Below, piece after piece: positions 1-10,027 of a stretch of 64,000 nt of DNA (position 1 is its first letter; every line of letters begins with the position of its first letter). A model generated the notes under the pieces. The model was not told where the DNA came from. It saw nothing but the letters and a program-made list of their open reading frames with translations, and ran no database searches. The position numbers were made by a program, and so were the translations under genes. The DNA is from Candidatus Poribacteria bacterium (GTDB lineage: Bacteria > Poribacteria > WGA-4E > GCA-2687025), in contig OY762492.1 in the NCBI GenBank assembly GCA_963665845.2, positions 3,648,001 through 3,712,000 on the forward strand. The letters are read 5' to 3'.

Positions 1-1765
1 CCGGTCGGGCGCCAGACGAGACCGGAGCCTTCCTCTTGAATAAACCCGTCCACCGCGCCGTCCGGACCCGTGACGGCGAGGCTGCTCCCGCCATCGGTGA
101 AGTCCAGCCCAACGCCGCCGCGGTCCGCAAACTGCGCCCGCGCTTCTGTTAAAGAGGAGACATAGGCTGAAGGCGGCGCGCCGTTGATCGTCAAGCTGAC
201 AACCGCCGGACCGTCCAGCGTTACCGTAAAGGGCGTTAGCGCCGCTTCGGACATCGCATTGCCCGCCTCGTCGCTCAATCGAACCGAAAGCGTGTAGCTG
301 CCGTTCTCATTGATTTCGGGGAAAACAAGCGTCAAGGTTTCGCCATCGAACGACTTCTGCAGCGGAATGGAGCCGCCCGGACCGCTCAACGAAATCTGCG
401 AAACGGACAGATCGACTCCGACGCCTTCTCCGTCGCTCAAGGTCAACTGAACGCTGTTGATCGGAGAGGTCAGCTCCTCGTCAAAAGCAAGAGAAGACGA
501 AACAACCGACGGAGCCTGCGTGTCCAATATAAACGTATGGGACAAGGTCGCGCTGGTTCGCCCGCGCTTGTCTACAGCCGAGGCGGAGACGGTGTAAGAG
601 CCGTCTGCGTCAATAATGCCGGTCGGGCGCCAGACGAGACCGGAGCCTTCCTCTTGAATAAACCCGTCCACCGCGCCGTCCGGACCCGTGACGGCGAGGC
701 TGCTCCCGCCGTCGGTGAAGTCCAAACCGACGCCGCCGCGGTCCGCAAACTGCGCCCGCGCTTCTGTTAAAGAGGAGACATACGCCGAGGGCGGAGCGCC
801 GTTGATCGTCAAGCTGACAACCGCCGGACCGTCCAGCGTTACCGTAAAGGGCGTTAGCGCCGCTTCGGACATCGCATTGCCCGCCTCGTCGCTCAATCGA
901 ACCGAAAGCGTGTAACTGCCGTTTTCATTGATTTCGGGGAAAACAAGCGTCAAGGTTTCGCCATCGAACGACTTCTGCAGCGGAATGGAGCCGCCCGGAC
1001 CGCTCAACGCAATCTGCGAAGCGGACAGATCGACTCCGACGCCTTCTCCGTCGCTCAAGGTCAACTGAACGCTGTTGATGGGCGAGGTCAACTCTTCATC
1101 AAACGCAAGGGATGACGAAACAACCGATGGAGCCTGCGTGTCCAATATAAACGTATGGGACAATGCCGCGCTGGTTCGTCCGCGCTTGTCAACCGCCGAG
1201 GCGGAAACCGTGTAAGAACCGTCTGCGTCGATAATGCCGGTCGGCCTCCAGACGAGACCGGAGCCTTCCTCCTGAATAAAGCCGTCCACTGCGCCGTTCG
1301 GACCCGTGACGGCGAGGCTGCTGCCGCCGTCGGTGAAGTCCAGCCCAACGCCGCCGCGGTCCGCAAATTGCGCCCTCGCCTCCGTCAAGGAGGATACATA
1401 GGCTGAAGGCGGCGCGCCGTTGATCGTCAAGCTGACAACCGCCGGACCGTCCAAGGTCACCGTGAAGGGCGTCAACTCCGCTTCGGACATCATATTGCCC
1501 GCCTCGTCGCTCAACTGAACAGAGAGCGTGTAACTGCCTTTCTCATTGATTTCCGGGAAAACAAGCGTCAAGGTTTCGCCATCGAACGACTTCTGCAGCG
1601 GAATGGAGCCGCCCGGACCGCTCAACGAAATCGCGGACGCAGACAGATCCACCCCGACGCCTTCTCCGTCGCTCAAGGTCAACTGAACGCTGTTGATGGG
1701 GGAAGTCAACTCCTCATCAAACGCAAGGGACGACGAAACAACCGACGGCGCCTGCGTGTCCAGTA
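1..1765. repeat. 618-bp (206-aa) tandem intragenic repeat, about 2.9 copies visible
   Basis: CCGGTCGG unit starts at 1, 619 and 1237. Copies are near-identical with scattered substitutions; similarity ends near 1765. Confidence 0.95.
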
Positions 1766-3536
1766 TGAGGCTGGAGGCGATGGTAACCGCGTTTCCAGCC
1801 GCGTCCGCCGCGCTGACGGAGACGTCATATTGTCCGTCGTCCGCGCCGAGGGCGCTCAACGGCGTTTCGAGCTGAAACGAAACGGTCGACTCGCCGTCAT
1901 TGTACAGCGTACCGTTCAACACGGCGCCGTTCGGTCCGCGCACCACGATGCCTGAAGCCGCAAAATCAATATCGGTGAAATTGTCGGAAAGGGTCAACAC
2001 AACCGAGTCGAACGGCGAATTGGCGCGCGTCAAGGCGCCCGAACGCACATCGAACGGCGTTAAACTTTCGATGCGCGGCGGGGTTTTGTCATATATAAAG
2101 GAGAACGAACGGGCGACGGCGGCGTTCCCGGCGAGGTCTCGTACCCCCGACACCTGCATCGTATAGACGCCCTCTTCCACTAAATTCGCATAGGTCAGTT
2201 CGATTTGCCCGCCGCCGCTCGTTTCGGACAGATCGACAGCGACAGGAAACAGCGCGCCGGACGGAGCGGTCAAGGTTGCCTGCGCCGATCCAAAATCGAT
2301 GCCGGAGCCTGTTTCGTCAATGACAATCTTCAAGGTATCGGACGCCAAGCCGATGAACCCAGGAACGACCGCCCCGCCGGAAGCGGACGCTTGACCGACA
2401 AGCGGCGCCACCGTGTCCAGCATGAAACTGGAGCTGCGGGAGGCAGCGTTGCCCGCTTCGTCCATAATGGAGGCGGTTACATTGTAGATGCCGTTTTCAG
2501 CGGTCGTCGACAGCGGCGAAGCGAAGACGAAACGCATGGAACCGCCGTTCGGGTCGATCTCCAAGGCGCCCGCCACCGGCTCGCCCGCCGCGTTCGCAAC
2601 CTGAATGGAGAGGTTGTCAACATCGATGGGCGATCCGCCGAGAGCGTCCAGCCCCGCCTCAATCTGCGCGAGCGGAGCGTTCAACAGGGCGCCGTTGACA
2701 GGGGCGAACGTTGAAAAGGCGGGCTTCTTCGTGTCGATCATGATCGTCCGCTGCGCCGACGCCTCATTCCCGGCTCGGTCGGCGGCGCGTATTTGAAGCG
2801 CGTATTCGCCGTCCGGCAAGAACGCGCCCGTGATGTCGGTTCCGTTCCAAAAGGCGTAGCCGGCTCTGTTATACGGCGGTAAAAAAGCGGCGCTGGGCGC
2901 ATTCAACGACGGACCGGAGGCGATGGAGATCTCTACGGAGTCCAGCATTTCGCTGGACGCAAAGCCGAGCCGGGAGACATCTTTTTGTCCGTCCGCGTTG
3001 GGAGAAAAGCTGTCGGCGGTAAAGGAGACCGCCGGCGCTTTTGTGTCGATCTCAATCTGAACCTGCGCCTTGACGCCGGTTCCGTTTCGCACCGCCGCGT
3101 CGGAGAAGCCGATCATCACTTGAACATCGTATGTTCCGTCGCCGACAAGGTCGCTGGAGTCCCACTGGGCGGTTCCGTCCCAGTCGACTCGTATGGCGAG
3201 GCTGTCCAATCCGCCCGCCTGCGCCGGCACAAGCTGTACGTTGGCGGCTCCCTGCCATGTCCAGTCGTCGTTTCGGTCAAAGACGCCGTCTGGGGCGCCG
3301 ACGCCGCCGGTTCCGTTTGTATCGACGATGGCGCTGTAGAAGTAGCCGACCGACAGTTCAAAGACGACCGAGGCGGTTTGTACTGCCGGGTTGACGCTTG
3401 GGACGCCTGTTTCGCCGGCGTTGTCTACGGCGAAGGGGGATGTGAGAAAGCTCTGCGCGGAGGCAGACGCGGCGATCATCAATGCGAGCGCCGACAAGAT
3501 GGGAAACGCCTTGCGCGCTGGATAACGGATATTCAT
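1..3536 (-). CDS. Large secreted Ig-like (Big/FlgD-Ig) repeat surface protein, 3' end beyond the window start
   Basis: Absent from the ORF track, presumably because it runs off the window without a stop. Manual minus-strand reading from ATG 3536 gives MNIRYPARKAFPILSALALMIAASASAQ (signal-peptide-like), then FSPNADG / WNG...DGEY (FlgD-Ig-like) and repeated 'D.AGN'/'DTQAP' Ig-like motifs. The frame at position 3 matches the start frame. Confidence 0.85.
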   Translation of the reverse strand, partial: MNIRYPARKAFPILSALALMIAASASAQSFLTSPFAVDNAGETGVPSVNPAVQTASVVFELSVGYFYSAIVDTNGTGGVGAPDGVFDRNDDWTWQGAANVQLVPAQAGGLDSLAIRVDWDGTAQWDSSDLVGDGTYDVQVMIGFSDAAVRNGTGVKAQVQIEIDTKAPAVSFTADSFSPNADGQKDVSRLGFASSEMLDSVEISIASGPSLNAPSAAFLPPYNRAGYAFWNGTDITGAFLPDGEYALQIRAADRAGNEASAQRTIMIDTKKPAFSTFAPVNGALLNAPLAQIEAGLDALGGSPIDVDNLSIQVANAAGEPVAGALEIDPNGGSMRFVFASPLSTTAENGIYNVTASIMDEAGNAASRSSSFMLDTVAPLVGQASASGGAVVPGFIGLASDTLKIVIDETGSGIDFGSAQATLTAPSGALFPVAVDLSETSGGGQIELTYANLVEEGVYTMQVSGVRDLAGNAAVARSFSFIYDKTPPRIESLTPFDVRSGALTRANSPFDSVVLTLSDNFTDIDFAASGIVVRGPNGAVLNGTLYNDGESTVSFQLETPLSALGADDGQYDVSVSAADAAGNAVTIASSLILDTQAPSVVSSSLAFDEELTSPINSVQLTLSDGEGVGVDLSASAISLSGPGGSIPLQKSFDGETLTLVFPEINEKGSYTLSVQLSDEAGNMMSEAELTPFTVTLDGPAVVSLTINGAPPSAYVSSLTEARAQFADRGGVGLDFTDGGSSLAVTGPNGAVDGFIQEEGSGLVWRPTGIIDADGSYTVSASAVDKRGRTSAALSHTFILDTQAPSVVSSSLAFDEELTSPINSVQLTLSDGEGVGVDLSASQIALSGPGGSIPLQKSFDGETLTLVFPEINENGSYTLSVRLSDEAGNAMSEAALTPFTVTLDGPAVVSLTINGAPPSAYVSSLTEARAQFADRGGVGLDFTDGGSSLAVTGPDGAVDGFIQEEGSGLVWRPTGIIDADGSYTVSASAVDKRGRTSATLSHTFILDTQAPSVVSSSLAFDEELTSPINSVQLTLSDGEGVGVDLSVSQISLSGPGGSIPLQKSFDGETLTLVFPEINENGSYTLSVRLSDEAGNAMSEAALTPFTVTLDGPAVVSLTINGAPPSAYVSSLTEARAQFADRGGVGLDFTDGGSSLAVTGPDGAVDGFIQEEGSGLVWRPT

Positions 3537-3687
3537 TAGAAAAAACCCTGCTGACTTCCTGTCCGATGTTGATGGCATATGCGCAGTCCCGCCCGCGCGC
3601 CTTTGCGGTCAAACATTAGACGCCGGCGAAACGAAATAGGTTGAGCGAAAGGCGCTCGAACGCGCCGTAAAACGTTCATTCTTTTCT

Positions 3688-4221
3688 TTAAAACAGCTCT
3701 GTTCCCTCCAGTACAGGCGCGGCAAACGGAGAATCGGACGCAGAACGAGACAGCGACGCGAGCCAGTCCGCGATCCGCCCGCCCAAGCGCGGATGGACGG
3801 CGCCCGGCGCAATCTCCGCCAGCGGCTCCAGCGCAAATCTCCGCTCCAACATGCGCGGATGCGGTATCGTCAAATCGCCGCTTTCGATGCAGAGCGAGCC
3901 GAACAGAAGCAGATCCAGATCAATCTCGCGCGGACCCCACCGCCGAGACGGACGCCTGCCGAGGCGCCGTTCCGTTTCTTGCAGCGTTTTGAAAAAGGCG
4001 CGCGCGCTCATCGGCGTGTCCACCTGAACCGCCGCGTTCAAAAAAGGGGGCTGATCCGTAACGCCGATCGGCTCCGTTTCATACACCGACGAGACCGCCT
4101 TCACCTCTCCCGCCCGCTCCGAGAGCGCCGCCACGGCGCGCCGCAAATACCCCAGCCGTCCGCCTCGATTCGAACCGAGGCCGACATAGGCGGAGGTCAA
4201 CGGCTCCGCGTCTCCTCTCAT
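3688..4221 (-). CDS. folK: 2-amino-4-hydroxy-6-hydroxymethyldihydropteridine diphosphokinase (HPPK)
   Basis: AYVGLGSN, SSVYET, FLNAAV, RWGPREIDLDLL, IPHPRMLERRF motifs. ATG at 4221 overlaps the fabF stop (ATGA). Confidence 0.95.
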   Translation of the reverse strand: MRGDAEPLTSAYVGLGSNRGGRLGYLRRAVAALSERAGEVKAVSSVYETEPIGVTDQPPFLNAAVQVDTPMSARAFFKTLQETERRLGRRPSRRWGPREIDLDLLLFGSLCIESGDLTIPHPRMLERRFALEPLAEIAPGAVHPRLGGRIADWLASLSRSASDSPFAAPVLEGTELF

Positions 4222-5459
4222 GCGTCCCACGCGCGAATAACAACGGTGGTGTTATGCCCGCCGAAACCGAAAGCGTTTGAAAGCGCGTATCGAAGCCGCG
4301 CCGGGCGCGCCTCGTTCGGCGCGTAATCCAGATCGCATTCTGGGTCCGGCTCGTTCAGGTTGATGGTCGGCGGGATCGTCTGATGTTTCACCGCCAAGAT
4401 CGACGCAATCAGCTCTACGGCTCCAGCGGCGCCGAGAAGATGCCCCATGACCGACTTGGTCGAACTGACCGTCGGGCAGTCTTCAGGCGCGCCGAAGACG
4501 GTCTTGATGGCGCTCGTCTCGGCGATGTCGCCGACAGGAGTTGACGTGCCATGCGCGTTGATATAATCGATCTCGCCGCTGTCGACGCCCGCGCGGTCGA
4601 TAGCGGCTTTCATGGAGCGCGCCGCGCCGCTTCCGCCCAGAGGCGGGCTGACCATGTCATGCGCGTCGGAGCTCATGCCGAAGCCGACCATCTCCGCGTA
4701 TATGTTGGCGCCGCGCGCCTTCGCATGTTTCAGCGTCTCCATGATGAGAACGCCGGAGCCTTCGCCCATCACAAACCCGTCGCGCGTCGCGTCAAAGGGT
4801 CGGGATGCGGTTTCTGGGGCGTCGTTGCGCGTCGACATCGCTCTCATTGAGCAGAAGCCGGCAAAGGAAAGCGGGGTGAACGCCGCCTCGGTTCCGCCGG
4901 CTGCCATGACATCCGCGTCGCCTCTCGACAGGATGCTGTAGGCGCTGCCGATGGAATGGTTGGAGGTGGCGCAGGCGGTGACATGCGCTAGGTTCGGCCC
5001 GCGCAGCCCGCACTGAATGGAGATCTGCCCAGGCGCCATGTTGATGATCTGATGCGGAACAAAGAAGGGAGAGACTCGCTTCGGTCCGCGGGTGCGCAGG
5101 ATTTCATGCTGCTGCTCCAGGACGTCAATGCCGCCGATGCCGGAGCCGACGGCGACGCCCGCCCTTTCGGGGTTGAAGCCGTTCTCATGCAGCCCGGCGT
5201 CTTTCAGCGCCGTCTTCGCCGCGGCGACAGCGAACTGGATAAATCGGGGCAGGCGGCGCGCCTCTTTCAGCGGCAGGTACTGCTCAGGCTGAAAGTCCTT
5301 CACCTCGCCCCCGATTCGCGTCCGGTATTCTTCGTCGGCATCGAACAGCGTGACGGCTCCGATTCCCGACTTGCCTTCCGCGAGATGCGCCCAGTAATCG
5401 TTGAGCGTCGAGCCGATCGGGCTGATGACGCCCATCCCGGTGATAACGACCCTCTCCAT
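4218..5459 (-). CDS. fabF: 3-oxoacyl-ACP synthase II
   Basis: RVVITGMG, TACAT (catalytic Cys), YINAHGTST, GHLLGAAG, NAFGFGGHN. Confidence 0.97.
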   Translation of the reverse strand: MERVVITGMGVISPIGSTLNDYWAHLAEGKSGIGAVTLFDADEEYRTRIGGEVKDFQPEQYLPLKEARRLPRFIQFAVAAAKTALKDAGLHENGFNPERAGVAVGSGIGGIDVLEQQHEILRTRGPKRVSPFFVPHQIINMAPGQISIQCGLRGPNLAHVTACATSNHSIGSAYSILSRGDADVMAAGGTEAAFTPLSFAGFCSMRAMSTRNDAPETASRPFDATRDGFVMGEGSGVLIMETLKHAKARGANIYAEMVGFGMSSDAHDMVSPPLGGSGAARSMKAAIDRAGVDSGEIDYINAHGTSTPVGDIAETSAIKTVFGAPEDCPTVSSTKSVMGHLLGAAGAVELIASILAVKHQTIPPTINLNEPDPECDLDYAPNEARPARLRYALSNAFGFGGHNTTVVIRAWDA

Positions 5460-5616
5460 GTTCTATCCGCCCCTTCGTCTCAAACCTTTTCTACCGCGCA
5501 GCGCGGCAGCATACGCGCCCATGCCGTTCAGCGTTCCCGCCTTTCGGCGATGAATCTCTCCTGCGCATCGGCGGCGCATGGAGGCGCGTATGCTGAATGC
5601 CGCCTCGAAGCCCAGC

Positions 5617-5877
5617 TTAGAGAGGCGTCGCGTCCTCGCCGCCGCCCGTCGCTTTTGTCAAGTACTCAATCGCGTCCTGAACGACGCGGATCTTTTCCGC
5701 GTCCGCGTCCGGTATGTCGATCTCAAATTCTTCCTCAAACGCCATGACCAGCTCGACGGTGTCGAGCGAATCCGCGCCCAGATCGTCCATGAAAGACGAA
5801 TTCAGGGTTACCTGTTCCACGTTCACCGAAAGCTCCCGCGCAATAATTTCGCACACCTTGTCGGCAAGACCTGCCAT
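5617..5877 (-). CDS. acpP: Acyl carrier protein
   Basis: [20 protein letters not shown] phosphopantetheine site; AAGGAG RBS; position between fabG and fabF. Confidence 0.97.
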   Translation of the reverse strand: MAGLADKVCEIIARELSVNVEQVTLNSSFMDDLGADSLDTVELVMAFEEEFEIDIPDADAEKIRVVQDAIEYLTKATGGGEDATPL

Positions 5878-5991
5878 CGTTCACTCCTTGCGTCCATTTC
5901 CGCCGGCACCGCCGGACGTTGTTGATTCTGTTTGCGGACAAACCGCCCGCTTATATTATACATAAACTTGCAGTAACGCAAGCCTCTTTCA

Positions 5992-6178
5992 TGACCTCAT
6001 GCTGAAAGTTGGGACGTCTGAACGGCAAAGCCTTTATTCATGGGAAAAAGGCTCCGCCAACCAGATCGTCCCCCGCTTCCGCGAGGGCATGCATTCCCGC
6101 GTAAGCGGGAATCTAGAGGCGCCGCAGAAACCGTCCGCGCCCGCCCGCCTGCATGTCCCAACTTAAGACGTAAGGTCA
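5992..6178. mobile_element. MITE family A, full copy 1 (TIR about TGACCTYAYGNCTNAAGTTGGGAC)
   Basis: Imperfect terminal inverted repeats TGACCTCATGCTGAAAGTTGGGAC ... GTCCCAACTTAAGACGTAAGGTCA. Internal dRS3-like palindrome at 6093-6112. Homologous to 34690-34857. Confidence 0.8.
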
Positions 6179-6183
6179 ACCTT

Positions 6184-6927
6184 TTACATCGCTAAGCCGC
6201 CGTCCACATGAAGAACATGCCCAGTGATATACCGCGCCTCGTCCGACGCCAAAAAACAGACCGCCGACGCCACATCGGACGGAGCGCCGAAACATCCTAG
6301 GGGCGTCAAGCCGAGAACATTCTCCCGTATCGCATCGGAAAGAACCGCCGTCATATCGGTCTCAATGAACCCAGGCGCTACAGCGTTCACCGTGACGCCG
6401 CGCGGACCCATCTCCTTCGCCAGCGATTTGGTCAAGCCAATCAAGCCCGCCTTCGAAGCGGCGTAATTCGCCTGACCCGCGTTACCCGTAACCCCGACAA
6501 CCGAGGTGATATTCACAATGCGCCCCGAACGTTGGCGCATCATCCCGCGCGCCGCCGCCCGCGCAAAATAAAACGCGCCGGACAGGTTCGTCTCCAACGG
6601 ACCGCTCCAGTCGCCGTCCTTCATACGCATGACCAATGTATCGCGGGTGACGCCCGCGTTGTTGACCAGTATATCCAGCCCGTCGAACGCCTCCGAGGCG
6701 GCGGCAACCGCTTCATTGACGGCAGCAGAATCGCGCGCGTCTACGGCGAACGGCAGCGCCGTTCCGCCCGCGCCGTTGATCTGGTCCGCCAGCTCTTCAA
6801 GCCGCTCCGTTGTCCGCGCCGCCAGCGCGGCCTTGACGCCATGCCTGGCAAGCGCCAGCGCGATCTCCCGCCCAATGCCGCGCGACGCGCCCGTTACTAA
6901 AGCCGACTTGCCATTAAGCGACTGCAT
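6184..6927 (-). CDS. fabG: 3-oxoacyl-ACP reductase
   Basis: TGASRGIG, NNAGVTRD, YAASK, VAPGFIETDMT. Start at MQSLNGK after AAGGAGG. Confidence 0.97.
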   Translation of the reverse strand: MQSLNGKSALVTGASRGIGREIALALARHGVKAALAARTTERLEELADQINGAGGTALPFAVDARDSAAVNEAVAAASEAFDGLDILVNNAGVTRDTLVMRMKDGDWSGPLETNLSGAFYFARAAARGMMRQRSGRIVNITSVVGVTGNAGQANYAASKAGLIGLTKSLAKEMGPRGVTVNAVAPGFIETDMTAVLSDAIRENVLGLTPLGCFGAPSDVASAVCFLASDEARYITGHVLHVDGGLAM

Positions 6928-7846
6928 CGATAGCCTCCTTGAAATCGTCCTCGCTGTCGGTGGAATAAACGGCGGCGGACGGAATCGTCCGTTTGACAAG
7001 GCTTGTCAACCCTTTTCCGCTGCCCGCCTCCACAAAAACGGAGAACCCGTCCGCAACCATCCGCTGGAGCGACTGCGTCCACAGAACGGGCTGGGCGACC
7101 TGTTGAACGGCGAGCGCCCGTATCGTTTCCGGCGACGACGCCGGCTCCCCCGTCACGTTCGAGTAAAACGCCATGGAGGGCGGATGAAACGCATACTGCT
7201 GCATTTCGGCTTCCAGCCCGTCCTGGGCGGAACGCATCCGCGCGGAATGGAACGCGCCTGAAACAGGTATCGGAACGACAAGACGGGCGCCCGCCTCTTT
7301 CGCCAGCCGAGCCGCCCGTTCCAACGCCGACGCGGAGCCTGAAATGACGACTTGACCAGGGCTGTTGTAGTTGGAGGGGGAGACGGCGTCCGCCCCTTGG
7401 GACGCCTCCGCGCAGACCGCCTCCACCGCCTCGTCTTCCAAGCCAATGACCGCGGACATTCCGCCGGGGTTCTCTTTTGCCGCTTTTGCCATGAGACGCC
7501 CGCGCTCCATGACAAGGCGGAGCGCGTCTTGAAACGAGACGATTCCCGCCGCGTAAAGGGCGGCGTATTCGCCGAGGCTGTGTCCGGCGGCGGCTTGAAA
7601 TTCCGCCCCGTTCGACAGCAGAAGCTGATACGCGGCAACCCCCACCGTAAAGAGCGCGGGCTGCGCCGTTTCAGTTTGTTTTAAAGCGTTCGCGTCCGCC
7701 TCAAAACAGACGGCGCGCGCCGGAAATCCAAGCGCCTCCGCCTGATCAAAGACGCGCGACGCCGCTGGATAGACGTCCATCCACTTGCCCATGCCGGGCT
7801 GTTGTGTACCCTGTCCAGGGAAAATTGCCGCCGTTTTGGTCGTCAT
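6914..7846 (-). CDS. fabD: Malonyl-CoA:ACP transacylase
   Basis: FPGQGTQ, GHSLGEY, SGAFHS motifs. Confidence 0.97.
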   Translation of the reverse strand: MTTKTAAIFPGQGTQQPGMGKWMDVYPAASRVFDQAEALGFPARAVCFEADANALKQTETAQPALFTVGVAAYQLLLSNGAEFQAAAGHSLGEYAALYAAGIVSFQDALRLVMERGRLMAKAAKENPGGMSAVIGLEDEAVEAVCAEASQGADAVSPSNYNSPGQVVISGSASALERAARLAKEAGARLVVPIPVSGAFHSARMRSAQDGLEAEMQQYAFHPPSMAFYSNVTGEPASSPETIRALAVQQVAQPVLWTQSLQRMVADGFSVFVEAGSGKGLTSLVKRTIPSAAVYSTDSEDDFKEAIDAVA

Positions 7847-7855
7847 TTCAACCGC

Positions 7856-8854
7856 CTATAAACGAATGATGTTGGCGCCCCAGGTCCATCCCGCGCCGAA
7901 GGTGATCAAAAACACGGTGGAGCCTTTGCCGACGCGCCCCTCCGCCAGCGCCTCGTCCAGAGCCAGCGCGGCGCTTGCAGAGGAGGTGTTGCCGTACCGG
8001 TCGACGATGGAATACACCTTGTCGATGTCGATGCCGGTGCGTTCGGCAAGCGCGCCCATGATGCGTATGTTCATCTGATGCGGGATGAGCAGGTCGATGT
8101 CGTCGGGGGTCATGCCTGCTTCGTCGAGAACCTGTTTTATGACCGTCGGCATGAGCGACACGGCGATTTTGAACAGCTTGCGCCCTTCCATATGGATCGT
8201 GTGTTCTCGGTTTTCGACCGTTTCTTTGGTCGCCGGTTTTCTGGCTCCGCCGGCGGGTACGCTCAAGATGTCGGGGTCGGCGTATTGCGGCTCGGCTCCG
8301 ATCTTCGTGTAAAGGATGCCGCCGGGCTTCTCGCTTGCCTGAACGACGGCCGCGCCCGCCGCGTCGCCGAACAGCACGCATGTGGCGCGGTCCTGCCAGT
8401 TCACATACCGCGTCAACATCTCCGCCGCCGTCACCAGAATCGTTTGATGCATCCCGGAGCGGATAAAACCGTTCGCCATATGAAGCCCGTAAGAGAAACC
8501 GCTGCATGCCGCGGCGATGTCGACGGCGGGCGTCTCATGCTCAATGCCGAGGCCGCGCGCGATGAGGCAGGCGGTGGACGGAAACAGCATATCCGGCGAG
8601 ACGGTGGAGCAGATGATCAGGTCGATCTCGTCCGTCTCGATGCCGGCGGCGTCGATGGCTCTCTGGGAGGCGATGGCGCCGAGGTCGGAGCTGGCGACAT
8701 CCGCTTCAGCGATGCGCCGCTCGCGTATACCGACGCGCGTTCGTATCCACTCGTCGGTCGTGTCGACCATCTGCTCTAGGTCATGGTTCGTGATTTTTTT
8801 CGGCGGCGCATAGGAGCCTGTGGACAGGATTGAGGCGTAAAGGTCGCTGCTCAT
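7856..8854 (-). CDS. fabH: 3-oxoacyl-ACP synthase III
   Basis: AACSGF, FGDAAGA, PHQMN, YGNTSSAS, FGAGWTWG. Confidence 0.97.
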   Translation of the reverse strand: MSSDLYASILSTGSYAPPKKITNHDLEQMVDTTDEWIRTRVGIRERRIAEADVASSDLGAIASQRAIDAAGIETDEIDLIICSTVSPDMLFPSTACLIARGLGIEHETPAVDIAAACSGFSYGLHMANGFIRSGMHQTILVTAAEMLTRYVNWQDRATCVLFGDAAGAAVVQASEKPGGILYTKIGAEPQYADPDILSVPAGGARKPATKETVENREHTIHMEGRKLFKIAVSLMPTVIKQVLDEAGMTPDDIDLLIPHQMNIRIMGALAERTGIDIDKVYSIVDRYGNTSSASAALALDEALAEGRVGKGSTVFLITFGAGWTWGANIIRL

Positions 8855-8865
8855 GAAGGATCCGA

Positions 8866-9060
8866 TCAGTCGATGTCAACGGAGATAACGGGTCGGGTCC
8901 ACTTATGCGCCTTGTAGTACCCGCATTTTGGGCATGCCCTGTGGGGTATCATCCGCTGCGCGCAGTTTAGGCATAGGATGGTTTTGGTCGGTTTTAAGGC
9001 GTGGTGCGCCCGCCGCGTTCGCGTTCTGGATTGGGACGTTTTTCGTTTTGGATGCGCCAT
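8866..9060 (-). CDS. rpmF: 50S ribosomal protein L32 (Zn-ribbon type)
   Basis: MAHPKRKTSQSRTRTRRAH...CLNC...HRACPKCGYY. Confidence 0.95.
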   Translation of the reverse strand: MAHPKRKTSQSRTRTRRAHHALKPTKTILCLNCAQRMIPHRACPKCGYYKAHKWTRPVISVDID

Positions 9061-9100
9061 TTCGTTTGCTTTCGTTTGTTGAGGTTATACGGCGTCCGTT

Positions 9101-9646
9101 TTACTGGTTGAACAGCCGCTCTAGCTGCGCGCCGATAGCGGTTTTGGGGGGCTGGGCGGAATTGCCGCAGCCGCAGAGCGTTTCGTTTCGGTTGACGCCG
9201 CATTCGGGACATAGCCCCTTGCATGATTCTTGACAGACCGGCCAGAGCGGCGTTTCGAGCTGTAAATGCCGGCGCAGGTCGTCCTGCATGCGGATCGTTC
9301 CGTTGTCGTAGTATCCGAGTCCGATGTCCGATTCATCCTCCCAGTAATTCGGCTTCAAACGGACCGGGCGGTACAGAATGTCAAACTCAACCTCTAACCG
9401 AAGCGGCGCCGGCTCCAAGCAGCGGACGCAGATCTGCAGAGCCTCTACTCCCGCTTGGATCCGCATATGCGCTTCCTCTTGGTTTCGAGACACCCGCATG
9501 GTTCCTTCTAACAGCCCTGTGAACTGAAGCTCCCCGCCCTCAAAAGCGGCGACTTCGATTTCGGTCATCGGCCATTTCACCTGGAACGCCTTCGTTTCTT
9601 TGTCGGGAAACGAACCGATCGGCCATTCAAATGTTGAGGTCGCCAT
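9101..9646 (-). CDS. yceD: YceD/DUF177 family metal-binding protein
   Basis: CVRCL and CQESCKGLCPECGVNRNETLCGC; canonical position upstream of rpmF. Confidence 0.9.
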   Translation of the reverse strand: MATSTFEWPIGSFPDKETKAFQVKWPMTEIEVAAFEGGELQFTGLLEGTMRVSRNQEEAHMRIQAGVEALQICVRCLEPAPLRLEVEFDILYRPVRLKPNYWEDESDIGLGYYDNGTIRMQDDLRRHLQLETPLWPVCQESCKGLCPECGVNRNETLCGCGNSAQPPKTAIGAQLERLFNQ

Positions 9647-10027
9647 ACGCCCTCGCCTGTAAAATCTAGCATGCGCCAACTCAAATCAGAAGGATATACC
9701 GTATCGGCAGAGGAATCAAGACGATTTTTCTGACATGGCTCCTTGAGCGGAACATGTGAACGGGCGCTCCCTTTTTTATGGACGCGCGAATCGATCTTTG
9801 CCGCGTCAGGAGGCGGCAGCGAATCGCTTGCGCAGAAATCGTTCTTGCGCCGGCGAATCCTATGCTATAATGGCGGTACGGATTGGGAACGTTTTGGCGC
9901 ATCGGCAAAAGATGTTGCAAGGGTGGAATGCTGTTTACGAAGACTGATCTGAAATGATCCGCCCGCGTCCGCGCCGAACCATGCGTCTCGGCGCGGACGC
10001 TCCTCTTCAGCTTGAAAGGAGCATGAC

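Noticed and set aside
537-3612. Short plus- and minus-strand ORFs in the ORF track
   Set aside because: They are shadow frames of the long minus-strand Ig-repeat gene.
9680-10027. Possible ncRNA or riboswitch in the divergent gap
   Set aside because: No recognisable RNA motif or strong stem; likely only promoters.
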